From: a virus
Lineage: Duplodnaviria > Caudoviricetes
Reading direction: 5' to 3' (one strand)
DNA length: 30,051 nt
Virus record (IMG/VR): IMGVR_UViG_3300011337_000119
Location: 1 to 30,051 of that record
The notes beneath the pieces are model-generated. The model was not told the DNA's origin. It was given only the letters and a program-made list of their open reading frames with translations, and made no database searches. Position 1 is the first letter of the stretch; the number at the start of each line of letters is the position of its first letter. Shown here piece by piece: positions 1 through 7,665 of the stretch. A program made the position numbers and the translations under genes.

Positions 1-1192
1 CTAATTCAGTATAAACAGTTGGGTCAAAGTCAACATAAACATCACTACCTCTGTAACCCCAATCAGAATGTAATTTTCTATTCAAGTTATCACGAATACC
101 AACTAACAAAGGAATCGCACAACGAACAGTTAATGCTTTCTCTCCTTCTCTTTGGTTGTTATAAGTCTTATTGTCAGCATCGTTTAATAATTGAGAAGGT
201 ACTCCGTAAATGTTACAAAGTGCTTTCATATCCCACTTCTCACTTTCAATGATGTCTAATTCAACAGGACTCAATCCGATTTGCTTCCAGTCTACTTTGT
301 AGCCACTAACCGCAATTGAATTAAAGTTAGCAGAACCACCTTTCTCGCTTACCGCCTTTTTAAGTGCTTGTGCTTGTTGTGTTCCACTAATAGGGTCAAA
401 GCGTTCATCATTCATAAAAAGAACTCCAGCTGGACCATCATTCTGGAATGATGCAACCGCAGCAGTCTTTGCTTCGTTGGAACGAGTCAAGTTTTTCGCA
501 GCAGCCATCAAAGGAGATTGACCATATAGTTGATTCCCAGTTGTATTCCATTGTAAGTTTATATATTTATCTTGTAGTACCTCTTGTTTAGTAAAGTTCC
601 AAAGTGGACCATAATTCAATTGGTAACCGCTAATAGTTGGAGGAAAGTTTTGAATGTCCGCTAAAACGTACATATATTGAGAAGGTAGAACGTACATCTC
701 GTAAGGTTTGCCGTTATTGTTACCACCTTCAATCATCTTTGCGTAAACGAAAGAGTTACCTGTGATTAACTTAAAAGTACACCAAGCCTCTACAAAATCG
801 CCAAAGGTATCTTCTTCATTAGGATATTTCAATAACTCGTTTAATCTTGCATCACCTGTGTATAATTCAAACGCTTTCTTATGTAGCTTCTCAACATCTT
901 TCCAGTTCTCAATCTTATCTGGTTGGCTCATTAACGCTTTATATTTCTTTGCTGAAGTTTCATCAACTACTTTATAAACGTGGAATGGAGCAAGTTTTGC
1001 TTTATCCGCAATTAATTTAACGATTGAATAAACAATATCGTTCGCTGCATAACCATCATTGACAAAGCTAATGTTATCGCCACCTTGCCAAGTTATTATC
1101 CCTTGTTGTATTGCAACTTGTCCGTTAAAAGGAATTTGTGGTAGTACAGTAGATAGTTTTTGTCTTTTACCAAAAAAGTCAAGTAATCCCAT
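1..1192 (-). CDS. Portal protein, second allele, truncated by the window edge
   Basis: Same reading frame as 28625..30004 (ATG at 1192); stays open to position 1, ending ...GSDVYVDFDPTVYTEL. Confidence 0.9.
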   Translation of the reverse strand, partial: MGLLDFFGKRQKLSTVLPQIPFNGQVAIQQGIITWQGGDNISFVNDGYAANDIVYSIVKLIADKAKLAPFHVYKVVDETSAKKYKALMSQPDKIENWKDVEKLHKKAFELYTGDARLNELLKYPNEEDTFGDFVEAWCTFKLITGNSFVYAKMIEGGNNNGKPYEMYVLPSQYMYVLADIQNFPPTISGYQLNYGPLWNFTKQEVLQDKYINLQWNTTGNQLYGQSPLMAAAKNLTRSNEAKTAAVASFQNDGPAGVLFMNDERFDPISGTQQAQALKKAVSEKGGSANFNSIAVSGYKVDWKQIGLSPVELDIIESEKWDMKALCNIYGVPSQLLNDADNKTYNNQREGEKALTVRCAIPLLVGIRDNLNRKLHSDWGYRGSDVYVDFDPTVYTEL

Positions 1193-1209
1193 TATATATG
1201 AATTTAAAA

Positions 1210-1217
1210 CAAAGTTA
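1210..1217 (-). promoter_or_regulatory. Bacteroidota -7 promoter element TAACTTTG upstream of portal (also 30022..30029)
   Basis: Matches TAnnTTTG in the terL-portal intergenic gap. Confidence 0.6.
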
Positions 1218-1228
1218 GTTATTTTATA

Positions 1229-2395
1229 CTAAAAAACAGATACTTCAAATTTTAGCTTGGTTAAATGCGTAAATACGGCATACCTACAAGCATCCATTAA
1301 GTCATCGTTTGCCTTAACTGGTTCTTCAATTACGTTATCGTTTTTATCCTTTTTCCATTTGTAAGACATAAACTCCCTTCTTAGGTTTTTACTATTGTAG
1401 TGTAAGTTTATTGGGTAAGATTTCATCTTAACAATCCCAGCCCATACATCTTTTTGTGCTGGTTTAATATTAAATCCTTGTCGGTAAAGTTCCTCAATAG
1501 ATTTAGGTTCGGCAGCATCCGCATAGATTGTGGCACGTTCAGGTAGTTTCTCTTTAATCAATCTTGATAGGTCGCTAAGAGTTAATCCGCTTTGATAAAC
1601 TATTTCTTCAAAGTAGTTTTGTCCCTCGTGGTGCGTAACCTTAACGAGTGCAGCTGGGTGGACATAACCAAAATCCAATCCATAAAATACATCGCCATCT
1701 GGTGCTTCATCGTATTGCTTCCATTGAGTGTATATAATTTCCTTTGCAGAGCCTCGTTCACCTAAGCCGTAAACCTTCCACATAAAGTCATCAGGTAAGT
1801 CTTTATATTGCTCAATGTTTCTTATTTGGCTATCGCTTAGATTTGAGATGTTGTTTAGGTAGGTAGAATGTATGCGCTTGTTTTGTGGGTTGTCCGCTAC
1901 CTCATAAACCCAAGAAATAAAGTCGGCTGGATTCCAATCTAAGAATACTTGTCCAGTTGTTCTTATCAATAACTGGTCAAACAAAGCCTTACTAATTAGG
2001 TTTGCCTCGTTTACGAATAGTATATCCCTTGCTGGTCCTTTTGCTTTGTCAGGGTCTTCAAGTCCAAATAACTCAATGTAAGAGCCGTTTTTAAATGTAT
2101 AAATAAAATCCGTGTACCTAAAATCCTTTTCATCCCAAATATTCCATTGCTCCATTATACCTTTAAAATCCCTATAAACTCCACGCTTAATATGTGGTAA
2201 GGAATGAGAAACGCACGAAATCCTTGTATTTGGTTTGCTTAAAGCAATGTGGATTAGTAATTGGACAACTGAATAGCTTTTACTTGACCTTGAACCGCCT
2301 TCGTTGCAAATTATAGGATAACCTTCCTCGTATGCCTTTTTATTGGCATAGAAGACAGGTGTTGCCTTAATCTTTAATTGGTTGACAATCTGCAT
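1229..2395 (-). CDS. terL: Terminase large subunit, PBSX/SPP1-like
   Basis: Walker A-like EGGSRSSKS, Walker B-like ILFVNEAN, nuclease motifs GLDFG and DDLMDACRY; lies between terS and portal. Confidence 0.95.
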   Translation of the reverse strand: MQIVNQLKIKATPVFYANKKAYEEGYPIICNEGGSRSSKSYSVVQLLIHIALSKPNTRISCVSHSLPHIKRGVYRDFKGIMEQWNIWDEKDFRYTDFIYTFKNGSYIELFGLEDPDKAKGPARDILFVNEANLISKALFDQLLIRTTGQVFLDWNPADFISWVYEVADNPQNKRIHSTYLNNISNLSDSQIRNIEQYKDLPDDFMWKVYGLGERGSAKEIIYTQWKQYDEAPDGDVFYGLDFGYVHPAALVKVTHHEGQNYFEEIVYQSGLTLSDLSRLIKEKLPERATIYADAAEPKSIEELYRQGFNIKPAQKDVWAGIVKMKSYPINLHYNSKNLRREFMSYKWKKDKNDNVIEEPVKANDDLMDACRYAVFTHLTKLKFEVSVF

Positions 2396-2714
2396 CTGGT
2401 TCTATTGTGATTTGCACATTACCCTTAATGTCTGCGGTTATGTCGGTTGTTTGTTTAGGTTTACCTTCTAATCTATCCACTACTGCCTCGTAGGCTCTTT
2501 GATCTCCCTTTAGTGCTTTGCTAATCATTTGCATATCCATTAGTTCAAGCACAGTAAAATCTTCGTCTTCGCCTGTAATTGGGTTTCTTCTCTTTTGCAC
2601 TAATTCAAGCAACCTAAGTAAACGAGTCTTGCTATTTTGAACTCCTTTAGGTCGACCATTTGGGTTACCAGATTGTCCTTTTTCAAAGTGTACTAAGTTA
2701 TCTATTCCAGCCAT
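2367..2714 (-). CDS. terS: Terminase small subunit (start likely at MAGIDN, 2714)
   Basis: FEKGQSGNPNGRPKG motif and DRLEGKPKQ; directly upstream of terL; TATCTTTG at 2734..2741 favours the 2714 start. Confidence 0.75.
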   Translation of the reverse strand: MAGIDNLVHFEKGQSGNPNGRPKGVQNSKTRLLRLLELVQKRRNPITGEDEDFTVLELMDMQMISKALKGDQRAYEAVVDRLEGKPKQTTDITADIKGNVQITIEPDADCQPIKD

Positions 2715-2730
2715 TGTATTTCCATTGTTT

Positions 2731-3165
2731 TTACAAAGATAAGCCACAATTAGGGCAAACCTTTCCTTTTTTGGTATTGTCTATTGATTTTGGTTCTTCA
2801 TTTGTTGGAACTAAGAAGTCAACATTGACCGCCCAATCGTTTAAATCTGCTAATTCCCAACCATCATTAGCCAAGATATCCATATCAAATTCTCCATTGT
2901 GAGTGTTGCTGATAATCATTAACTTTTTACTTTCCTTATCAGTTAAATTACTCATTAACTTAACAGGTACATCTTGTATGCCTAATTGTAAACAAGCCTT
3001 ATATCTTTGATGACCACTTATAATGATATTATTTTCATCAATTATAATTGGTAATGCTTCAAGCAATTTAGGTGTATCTTTTATTGATTCAACTAACTTA
3101 TCAAAGTCATCCTTGTTAATCTTTCTTGGATTGCTTTGGTTAGGTTTGATTTCGTTGATGTTCAT
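2731..3165 (-). CDS. ParB/Srx-like N-terminal domain protein with C-terminal CxxC
   Basis: NPRKI...LVESI...PIIIDENNIIISGHQRYKA motif; ends CPNCG. Confidence 0.85.
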   Translation of the reverse strand: MNINEIKPNQSNPRKINKDDFDKLVESIKDTPKLLEALPIIIDENNIIISGHQRYKACLQLGIQDVPVKLMSNLTDKESKKLMIISNTHNGEFDMDILANDGWELADLNDWAVNVDFLVPTNEEPKSIDNTKKGKVCPNCGLSL

Positions 3166-3359
3166 TATCTATTTTTTGTTGGTGTTCGTATTGATGCTGA
3201 TTGTGGCACTTCTTTCTTTTTAAGGTTTTTATATCCTAACGACTTCGCACATTGGAAGCATTTTACTTCGTGATTTGGCAATTGTGATTCCCAAACGTAG
3301 TCTTCAGTTAGCCTTCCGCATTTACATAAATAGCTTCTTTTTCCGTATGTGTCTTTCAT
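3165..3359 (-). CDS. Small zinc-finger-like protein
   Basis: CKCG...CFQC; coupled to both neighbours. Confidence 0.65.
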   Translation of the reverse strand: MKDTYGKRSYLCKCGRLTEDYVWESQLPNHEVKCFQCAKSLGYKNLKKKEVPQSASIRTPTKNR

Positions 3360-3475
3360 CGCCCCTGTCTTTGGTATGGTTTTACTGGCTTATCCTTTGG
3401 ACCAGATGTCTTTTTGTACTTGCCACACTTTCTTTTTCCAAAGCTAACTTTGTTATTGCTGCTTACTTTTGCCAT
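3356..3475 (-). CDS. 39-aa basic protein (not in ORF track)
   Basis: MAKVSSNNKVSFGKRKCGKYKKTSGPKDKPVKPYQRQGR; ATGA overlap with the next gene. Confidence 0.65.
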   Translation of the reverse strand: MAKVSSNNKVSFGKRKCGKYKKTSGPKDKPVKPYQRQGR

Positions 3476-3629
3476 ATAAATTTATTAAATCTGCTAAATA
3501 ATCAAATGCTTCCTCTTGGGTTTCGCCAAATACATAGTGAGTACATCCGTCAATGACAAATGAAAAACAAGGATAACCAGCGATTACCTCTTGTTTGCAC
3601 GTTGCAAATATGTTACTTGTATCTATCAA
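3453..3629 (-). CDS. 58-aa hypothetical protein (TTG start, not in ORF track)
   Basis: MIDTSNIFATCKQEVIAGYPCFSFVIDGCTHYVFGETQEEAFDYLADLINLYGKSKQQ fills the gap after NinG. Confidence 0.5.
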   Translation of the reverse strand: MIDTSNIFATCKQEVIAGYPCFSFVIDGCTHYVFGETQEEAFDYLADLINLYGKSKQQ

Positions 3630-4005
3630 TTAAATCGTTTAATTCTGTTCTTGTCCATTTCTTTATTGTTCTTTGGTTTTCCTCTAACCAATCTACCATA
3701 TCTTGACCTATTTTGTTAATTAGGTTTTTACGATATCCAATTAAATGAAACTCATCAAATCCATTGCAACGCTTACATTCCCCTGAACAATTATACTCGT
3801 TAAATCTTAAAAAGCTACTATTTTTAACAGGTACAAAATGACCGCAATCCATTTGATCTGTTGTTAATGTCCTTCCACAACTAATGCAAGTAAAGTACCC
3901 ATCTTGGCTATCCCTTTCCCTAATTGCTTTGTTAAATACCTTTTGTGCTTTAGCAGTTAACTTTGGTATTGTAATTAATTTATTCATATTTCCATAAATA
4001 TCCAT
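3613..4005 (-). CDS. ninG: NinG/Rap-like junction endonuclease (true start may be MNKLITI)
   Basis: AQKVFNKAIRERD...CISCG...DCGHF...LRFNEYNCSGECKRCN pattern. Confidence 0.85.
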   Translation of the reverse strand: MDIYGNMNKLITIPKLTAKAQKVFNKAIRERDSQDGYFTCISCGRTLTTDQMDCGHFVPVKNSSFLRFNEYNCSGECKRCNGFDEFHLIGYRKNLINKIGQDMVDWLEENQRTIKKWTRTELNDLIDRYK

Positions 4006-4504
4006 AAGAAGTTAACTGTTTGCCTTTTGCACATCTAATTATTGCAGAACGTTCAAAACCTTTTTTATGTGCATCAGTTATACATTCCCATTTTTTTACA
4101 AAATTACCATTTAAATCATATTGAAAAATCAATTTATTTAATTTTTTAGTTGTTTTCTTTAAACCTAATTTAAAAGCGTGTCTTTGATTATCTCCCGCAC
4201 TTAACCACTCTAAATTTTCTACCCTATTATCAGTTTTTATGCCGTTTATATGATTTACTTGTGCCAAGTTGTTAATATTTGGTAAAAATGTATTTGCTAT
4301 AATTCTATGTAAAAGAACTTGTTTACGACAAACACTTACATAACAATATCCATTCATAATTGATGGATTTATTATTTTAGATTGATATGTTCTTTTTGTA
4401 GACTTACCTGTTACCCAAATTCTATTTTTTCTTATTACATTTCCTAAATTAGATACTTTTAAGTATTCTTCATAACCTTTGGCATCTTCCCAAATTTCTT
4501 TCAT
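3980..4504 (-). CDS. NUMOD4-HNH-NUMOD1 homing endonuclease
   Basis: EIWEDAKGYEEYLKVSNLG (NUMOD4), HRIIA...VNHINGIKTDNRVENLEW (HNH), QYDLNGNFVKKW...GYLWKY. Confidence 0.9.
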   Translation of the reverse strand: MKEIWEDAKGYEEYLKVSNLGNVIRKNRIWVTGKSTKRTYQSKIINPSIMNGYCYVSVCRKQVLLHRIIANTFLPNINNLAQVNHINGIKTDNRVENLEWLSAGDNQRHAFKLGLKKTTKKLNKLIFQYDLNGNFVKKWECITDAHKKGFERSAIIRCAKGKQLTSYGYLWKYE

Positions 4505-4604
4505 AAAATAAAAAAGGCTATCAAAATCAGCATAGTGAGATTACGCATCATTATCAAGCCTAATAAGTACAAATATTGGATATCTCACATCCACTACAAA
4601 TTTA
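4505..4604 (-). promoter_or_regulatory. Promoter TAAATTTG plus structured 5' leader (kissing-loop candidate) of the HNH gene
   Basis: TGGAT-GTGAGAT-ATCCA hairpin; GCGTA-ATCTCAC-TATGC hairpin inside an AGGCT/AGCCT stem followed by a T-tract. Confidence 0.7.
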
Positions 4605-4607
4605 CAA

Positions 4608-4805
4608 TTACTTTTTCAATCTGACAACACAAAGTCTTTCTTTATACTTGTATCGTTTTTTGTTTATTGGGTTCATATAAGTCATTATGGTTTTGTAATC
4701 AGTTCCTAAAAACCTTATTGCCTTTGCTATTGATCTAAACTCTACTTCCTCTTTTGTATCTAAATAAATCAGTCTAACCTCTATGTTGTTGTCTATTCCT
4801 GTCAT
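4608..4805 (-). CDS. Small NUMOD1-like DNA-binding protein
   Basis: EFRSIAKAIRFLG motif. Confidence 0.6.
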   Translation of the reverse strand: MTGIDNNIEVRLIYLDTKEEVEFRSIAKAIRFLGTDYKTIMTYMNPINKKRYKYKERLCVVRLKK

Positions 4806-4921
4806 CTCAATAATCGTTTTAATTCAAAGTACAAGTGTGCAGTTAAATAAATGCAACAAGCTAATGGAACGCTAAATAGCATAAACTTTACTAATTCGTA
4901 AATAAATGTTAGTGTTTTCAT
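4802..4921 (-). CDS. 39-aa membrane peptide (not in ORF track)
   Basis: MKTLTFIYELVKFMLFSVPLACCIYLTAHLYFELKRLLR; ATGA overlap with the next gene. Confidence 0.55.
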   Translation of the reverse strand: MKTLTFIYELVKFMLFSVPLACCIYLTAHLYFELKRLLR

Positions 4922-4927
4922 AAGTTT

Positions 4928-4991
4928 AAAAAACCACCCCAAGTTCCCCAAATCACTATCTTGTTATTAAATATATAATTTCTTGAGGTGG
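4928..4991 (-). terminator. Long terminator/attenuator-like hairpin
   Basis: CCACCTCAAG/CTTGGGGTGG stem followed by T6, immediately after the stop at 4992. Confidence 0.6.
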
Positions 4992-5717
4992 CTATAATTT
5001 GTTTTGTAAAAATAGGTACAAAGTATATCTTTTGCACTCATTTTTGATAAATAATTCATTATTTAATTTCTCCAAGTCTTTAGGTGTTTTAGCCTGTACC
5101 TTATAATGTGCTATAATTTTTTTCTTTATCTGGTCTGCTTTCTCTTGACTTATGTTTTCTTTGTTCAGTTCCTTTCGTTTCCATAGTATGTCAAAAGCCA
5201 TCGTATTAAGCAACTCCCATCCTCTTTTAGCCGACTTCTCCCAATTTTCGTACAATGCCTCAATAACTTCATCATCTTGTATTTTAGGTATTTCTACTGG
5301 TTGTGGTTCTATATAGGTCTTTTGTCTTACTTGTAAAGCTATCGGTTTATAAGCTGCCATCACATCGCCAAAGAATTTAGGGGTAAACATAATCGCTTTG
5401 TCAACTGATAATTTGCCCATTGCGTAAAGTTCAAAAGCTACACCAAGTTCCTTTAGTTTATAATTTCCGTAATTCTTAATAACAAATTCGCAAAGAAACT
5501 GGAACAACTCAATAGTAGGAGTTTGACATCCGCTTAAAGCAATACAGGTTTTAAGGTGTTCTTTAACCTCAATAGGTGAGCATCTTCCGATACTCATCGT
5601 TTCTAATGCAACTGCAACCATTAATTCATCGTTATCTAATTTAGTGTAAATTTCTAAGGGCATCCCATTCTCTTTCACTAAAATTTGGTTTGTGATTGTT
5701 GCTAATTCCTGTTGCAT
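4992..5717 (-). CDS. Hypothetical protein, possibly replication accessory
   Basis: 241-aa ORF overlapping the replication initiator; function inferred from position only. Confidence 0.6.
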   Translation of the reverse strand: MQQELATITNQILVKENGMPLEIYTKLDNDELMVAVALETMSIGRCSPIEVKEHLKTCIALSGCQTPTIELFQFLCEFVIKNYGNYKLKELGVAFELYAMGKLSVDKAIMFTPKFFGDVMAAYKPIALQVRQKTYIEPQPVEIPKIQDDEVIEALYENWEKSAKRGWELLNTMAFDILWKRKELNKENISQEKADQIKKKIIAHYKVQAKTPKDLEKLNNELFIKNECKRYTLYLFLQNKL

Positions 5718-6378
5718 TTGGTTTGTAGTTTATGTGAACAAATTTGCCTTCCTTTAAATCTCTTGCCATCCAATTTTTTGCGGTGGCTATCCAATCAAGT
5801 TTCTTTTCGCCTTTAGAATCAGACCAATTTTTAATTACTTCGTGGTAGTATGCAAAATTAGCTTCTTCATATTGAGTTCCAATAAAAGCTGCTTTAAATA
5901 TTTCTATATCTAAAAATTGCGTTTCACTAAATAACGTTTGCCTACTAACCTTTACTTTAGTTTCTTTTACTTTTCTTTCCTTTCCTTTTCTTTCCTTTGC
6001 ATTACCATCCCCAATGGCATCCCCAATAGCCCCCCCATTTTTCCATCTATTAGCAGCACCTAATTTACCTTTTTCGCTTAGATTTTGCCTTAAAGCTAAA
6101 TGATTTTGCAACCTTTCCGAGTAAAACTCGCCAGATTCAATAGAAAATAAATTAAAATTATGTACTACCCCATTAACCTTTACATCGGTAGTTTGCATCT
6201 GCATAGCAAGTACAGGTATTAAATCTAATGGCAATTTACCTCCTGCATTAGCCAATTGCTCAATTAAAAACCAATAAATGCCATAACCTTCCATACCAAG
6301 TTGATGCCGTAAAAATAGAATCTTGGTATCATTAGCCGAGTTGTAATCGTGGCTAAAATAGTAACTATTACTTTTCAT
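5641..6378 (-). CDS. Replication initiator-like protein (DUF4373/Lin1244-like N-terminus)
   Basis: YFSHDYNSANDTKI...GMEGYGIYWFLIE; low-complexity linker; C-terminal DWIATAKNW. Confidence 0.75.
   Translation of the reverse strand: MKSNSYYFSHDYNSANDTKILFLRHQLGMEGYGIYWFLIEQLANAGGKLPLDLIPVLAMQMQTTDVKVNGVVHNFNLFSIESGEFYSERLQNHLALRQNLSEKGKLGAANRWKNGGAIGDAIGDGNAKERKGKERKVKETKVKVSRQTLFSETQFLDIEIFKAAFIGTQYEEANFAYYHEVIKNWSDSKGEKKLDWIATAKNWMARDLKEGKFVHINYKPNATGISNNHKPNFSEREWDALRNLH
6006..6037. repeat. Iteron-like 12-bp-period repeats inside the initiator gene (candidate origin)
   Basis: CATCCCCAAT at 6006 and 6018, degenerate third copy; next to a strand-asymmetric tract at ~5950-6000. Confidence 0.45.
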
Positions 6379-6479
6379 AAAAATAAAATAGCCCGCAGAT
6401 TTGCTGGTAGTACGAGTACCAACGCCTCCTTGGGCAAAAAGTTTTGTATTAGAATCTCGTACATTCTATTGCAAATATA
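6379..6479 (-). promoter_or_regulatory. Promoter TATATTTG plus structured 5' leader (kissing-loop candidate) of the initiator gene
   Basis: TAGAAT-GTACGAG-ATTCTA hairpin; GTTGGTA-CTCGTAC-TACCAGC hairpin inside a GCCC/GGGC stem followed by a T-rich tract. Confidence 0.75.
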
Positions 6480-6480
6480 A

Positions 6481-6675
6481 TCAATTAACCGAATATTGTG
6501 CCACTTGTTTCTTGTTTTTTAGCTTAATAATGGTAGTTTTTATGTTCATACCATCGTTTCTTAGGTCAGCTATTCGTGCTGCTAATCTAAAGCATCCGAA
6601 CTTGTTTAAGGCATCAATAGGGGTTAATTTGCGACCTTTATTTAGGTAGTTTGCAATTTGTTGGTTTTGGCTCAT
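6481..6675 (-). CDS. Small winged-HTH protein
   Basis: LTPIDALNKFGCFRLAARIADLR motif. Confidence 0.8.
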   Translation of the reverse strand: MSQNQQIANYLNKGRKLTPIDALNKFGCFRLAARIADLRNDGMNIKTTIIKLKNKKQVAQYSVN

Positions 6676-6681
6676 AGTTGG

Positions 6682-6819
6682 TTATTTTATGTCAGATAAA
6701 AAATAAGATGTACTTGGTGATGTAGTTCCAATCCCTACATTCCCTAAAGTATTATATGTGGATGCAGTCCCAAAGCCACTACTTGTTAAAGTAAATCCAC
6801 TTTGACTTGGGACATTTAA
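6682..6819 (-). CDS. Putative 45-aa -1 frameshift extension of 6816..7016
   Basis: A AAT TTT heptamer at 6819..6825, stem at 6767..6813, -1 frame open to TAA at 6682. Confidence 0.6.
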   Translation of the reverse strand, partial: LNVPSQSGFTLTSSGFGTASTYNTLGNVGIGTTSPSTSYFLSDIK

Positions 6820-7016
6820 AAATTTCGCACAATAATTTGAACGTTATATGCTGATTCTGCATACTCATCTGGTATTTCTCTTGTAATTTTAAATACTAAA
6901 TCTTTCTCGCTTTTAGCAAGAGCAATCTTGGGTTCAATAATTACTTTTGAATCTGTGTAATCACCATCTTTGTCGTATTGGTGAAAAATAACTGCATACT
7001 GGAATAATTGTTTCAT
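6816..7016 (-). CDS. 66-aa hypothetical protein ending IIVRNF
   Basis: ORF with A-rich initiation region. Confidence 0.75.
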   Translation of the reverse strand: MKQLFQYAVIFHQYDKDGDYTDSKVIIEPKIALAKSEKDLVFKITREIPDEYAESAYNVQIIVRNF

Positions 7017-7079
7017 AATTTTTGTTTTAATTGTTTTTAAATTTGCGCTTAACGTTATCGCCCAACGAGGGGTTGTTTA

Positions 7080-7487
7080 CTAAAATGGTAATGAAGAATC
7101 ATCTGTTGGATGCGATTCGTGTTCTTGTTGATTTACTGCAAATTCTTTTTTAGATTCTGCTTTTTCACCTAATGGATTACCTAATAATTGAATATTTGAT
7201 ACTCTTACAGTTAACGTACTTCCAGCAGTATTGTCTTTTGTTAAATACGCTTTAGTATCTGGAGTTCCTTCAACATAAACTTGTGTTCCTTTTTTTAAAT
7301 ATGTTGCAATTGCAGTTTTGTCAGTCCAATTTGAACAATCAACCCAAGTTGTTTTTTCGTGTTGTTCATTGTTTTTGTCCTTGTATTTTTCAGTATGTGC
7401 AATACTAAAGTTAATTACCTTCTTACCATTTACATCGTTTACAACGGCATCTTTGCCTAAGTGTCCGATAACTTGTGTTTTAATCAT
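7080..7487 (-). CDS. ssb: Single-stranded DNA-binding protein
   Basis: IGHLGKDA...YLKKGTQVYVEG OB fold; acidic C-terminus DDSSLPF. Confidence 0.95.
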   Translation of the reverse strand: MIKTQVIGHLGKDAVVNDVNGKKVINFSIAHTEKYKDKNNEQHEKTTWVDCSNWTDKTAIATYLKKGTQVYVEGTPDTKAYLTKDNTAGSTLTVRVSNIQLLGNPLGEKAESKKEFAVNQQEHESHPTDDSSLPF

Positions 7488-7492
7488 TGTTT

Positions 7493-7663
7493 TTAGTTTT
7501 CGTGTTTATTAATTTGTTCTTGTTCTATTTGTGTTTCCGTTTGTGCATCTTGTTCTAATTCTTCTTCGTCTTCTTCTTCCCAATCGCAATGTTCTAAACA
7601 ATCAGGACAAATGTCAATTTCATCAAAGTTTGTGTGCGCACCGCAGCAAGTTGAATATGGCAT
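7493..7663 (-). CDS. 56-aa Cys-rich, highly acidic protein (not in ORF track)
   Basis: MPYSTCCGAHTNFDEIDICPDCLEHCDWEEEDEEELEQDAQTETQIEQEQINKHEN fills the gap between flanking genes. Confidence 0.75.
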   Translation of the reverse strand: MPYSTCCGAHTNFDEIDICPDCLEHCDWEEEDEEELEQDAQTETQIEQEQINKHEN

Positions 7664-7665
7664 AA

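Larger units (their letters stand above)
1..1239. repeat. Terminal direct repeat, copy 1 (matches 28813..30051, offset 28,812, no indels)
   Basis: Colinear by-eye alignment; ~97-98% identical over 213..1239 and ~81% over 1..212. Confidence 0.95.

Noticed and set aside
7044-7075. Small hairpin CGTT-GGGCGAT-AACG after ssb
   Set aside because: Only a 4-5 bp stem, single copy, no T-tract; too little to call
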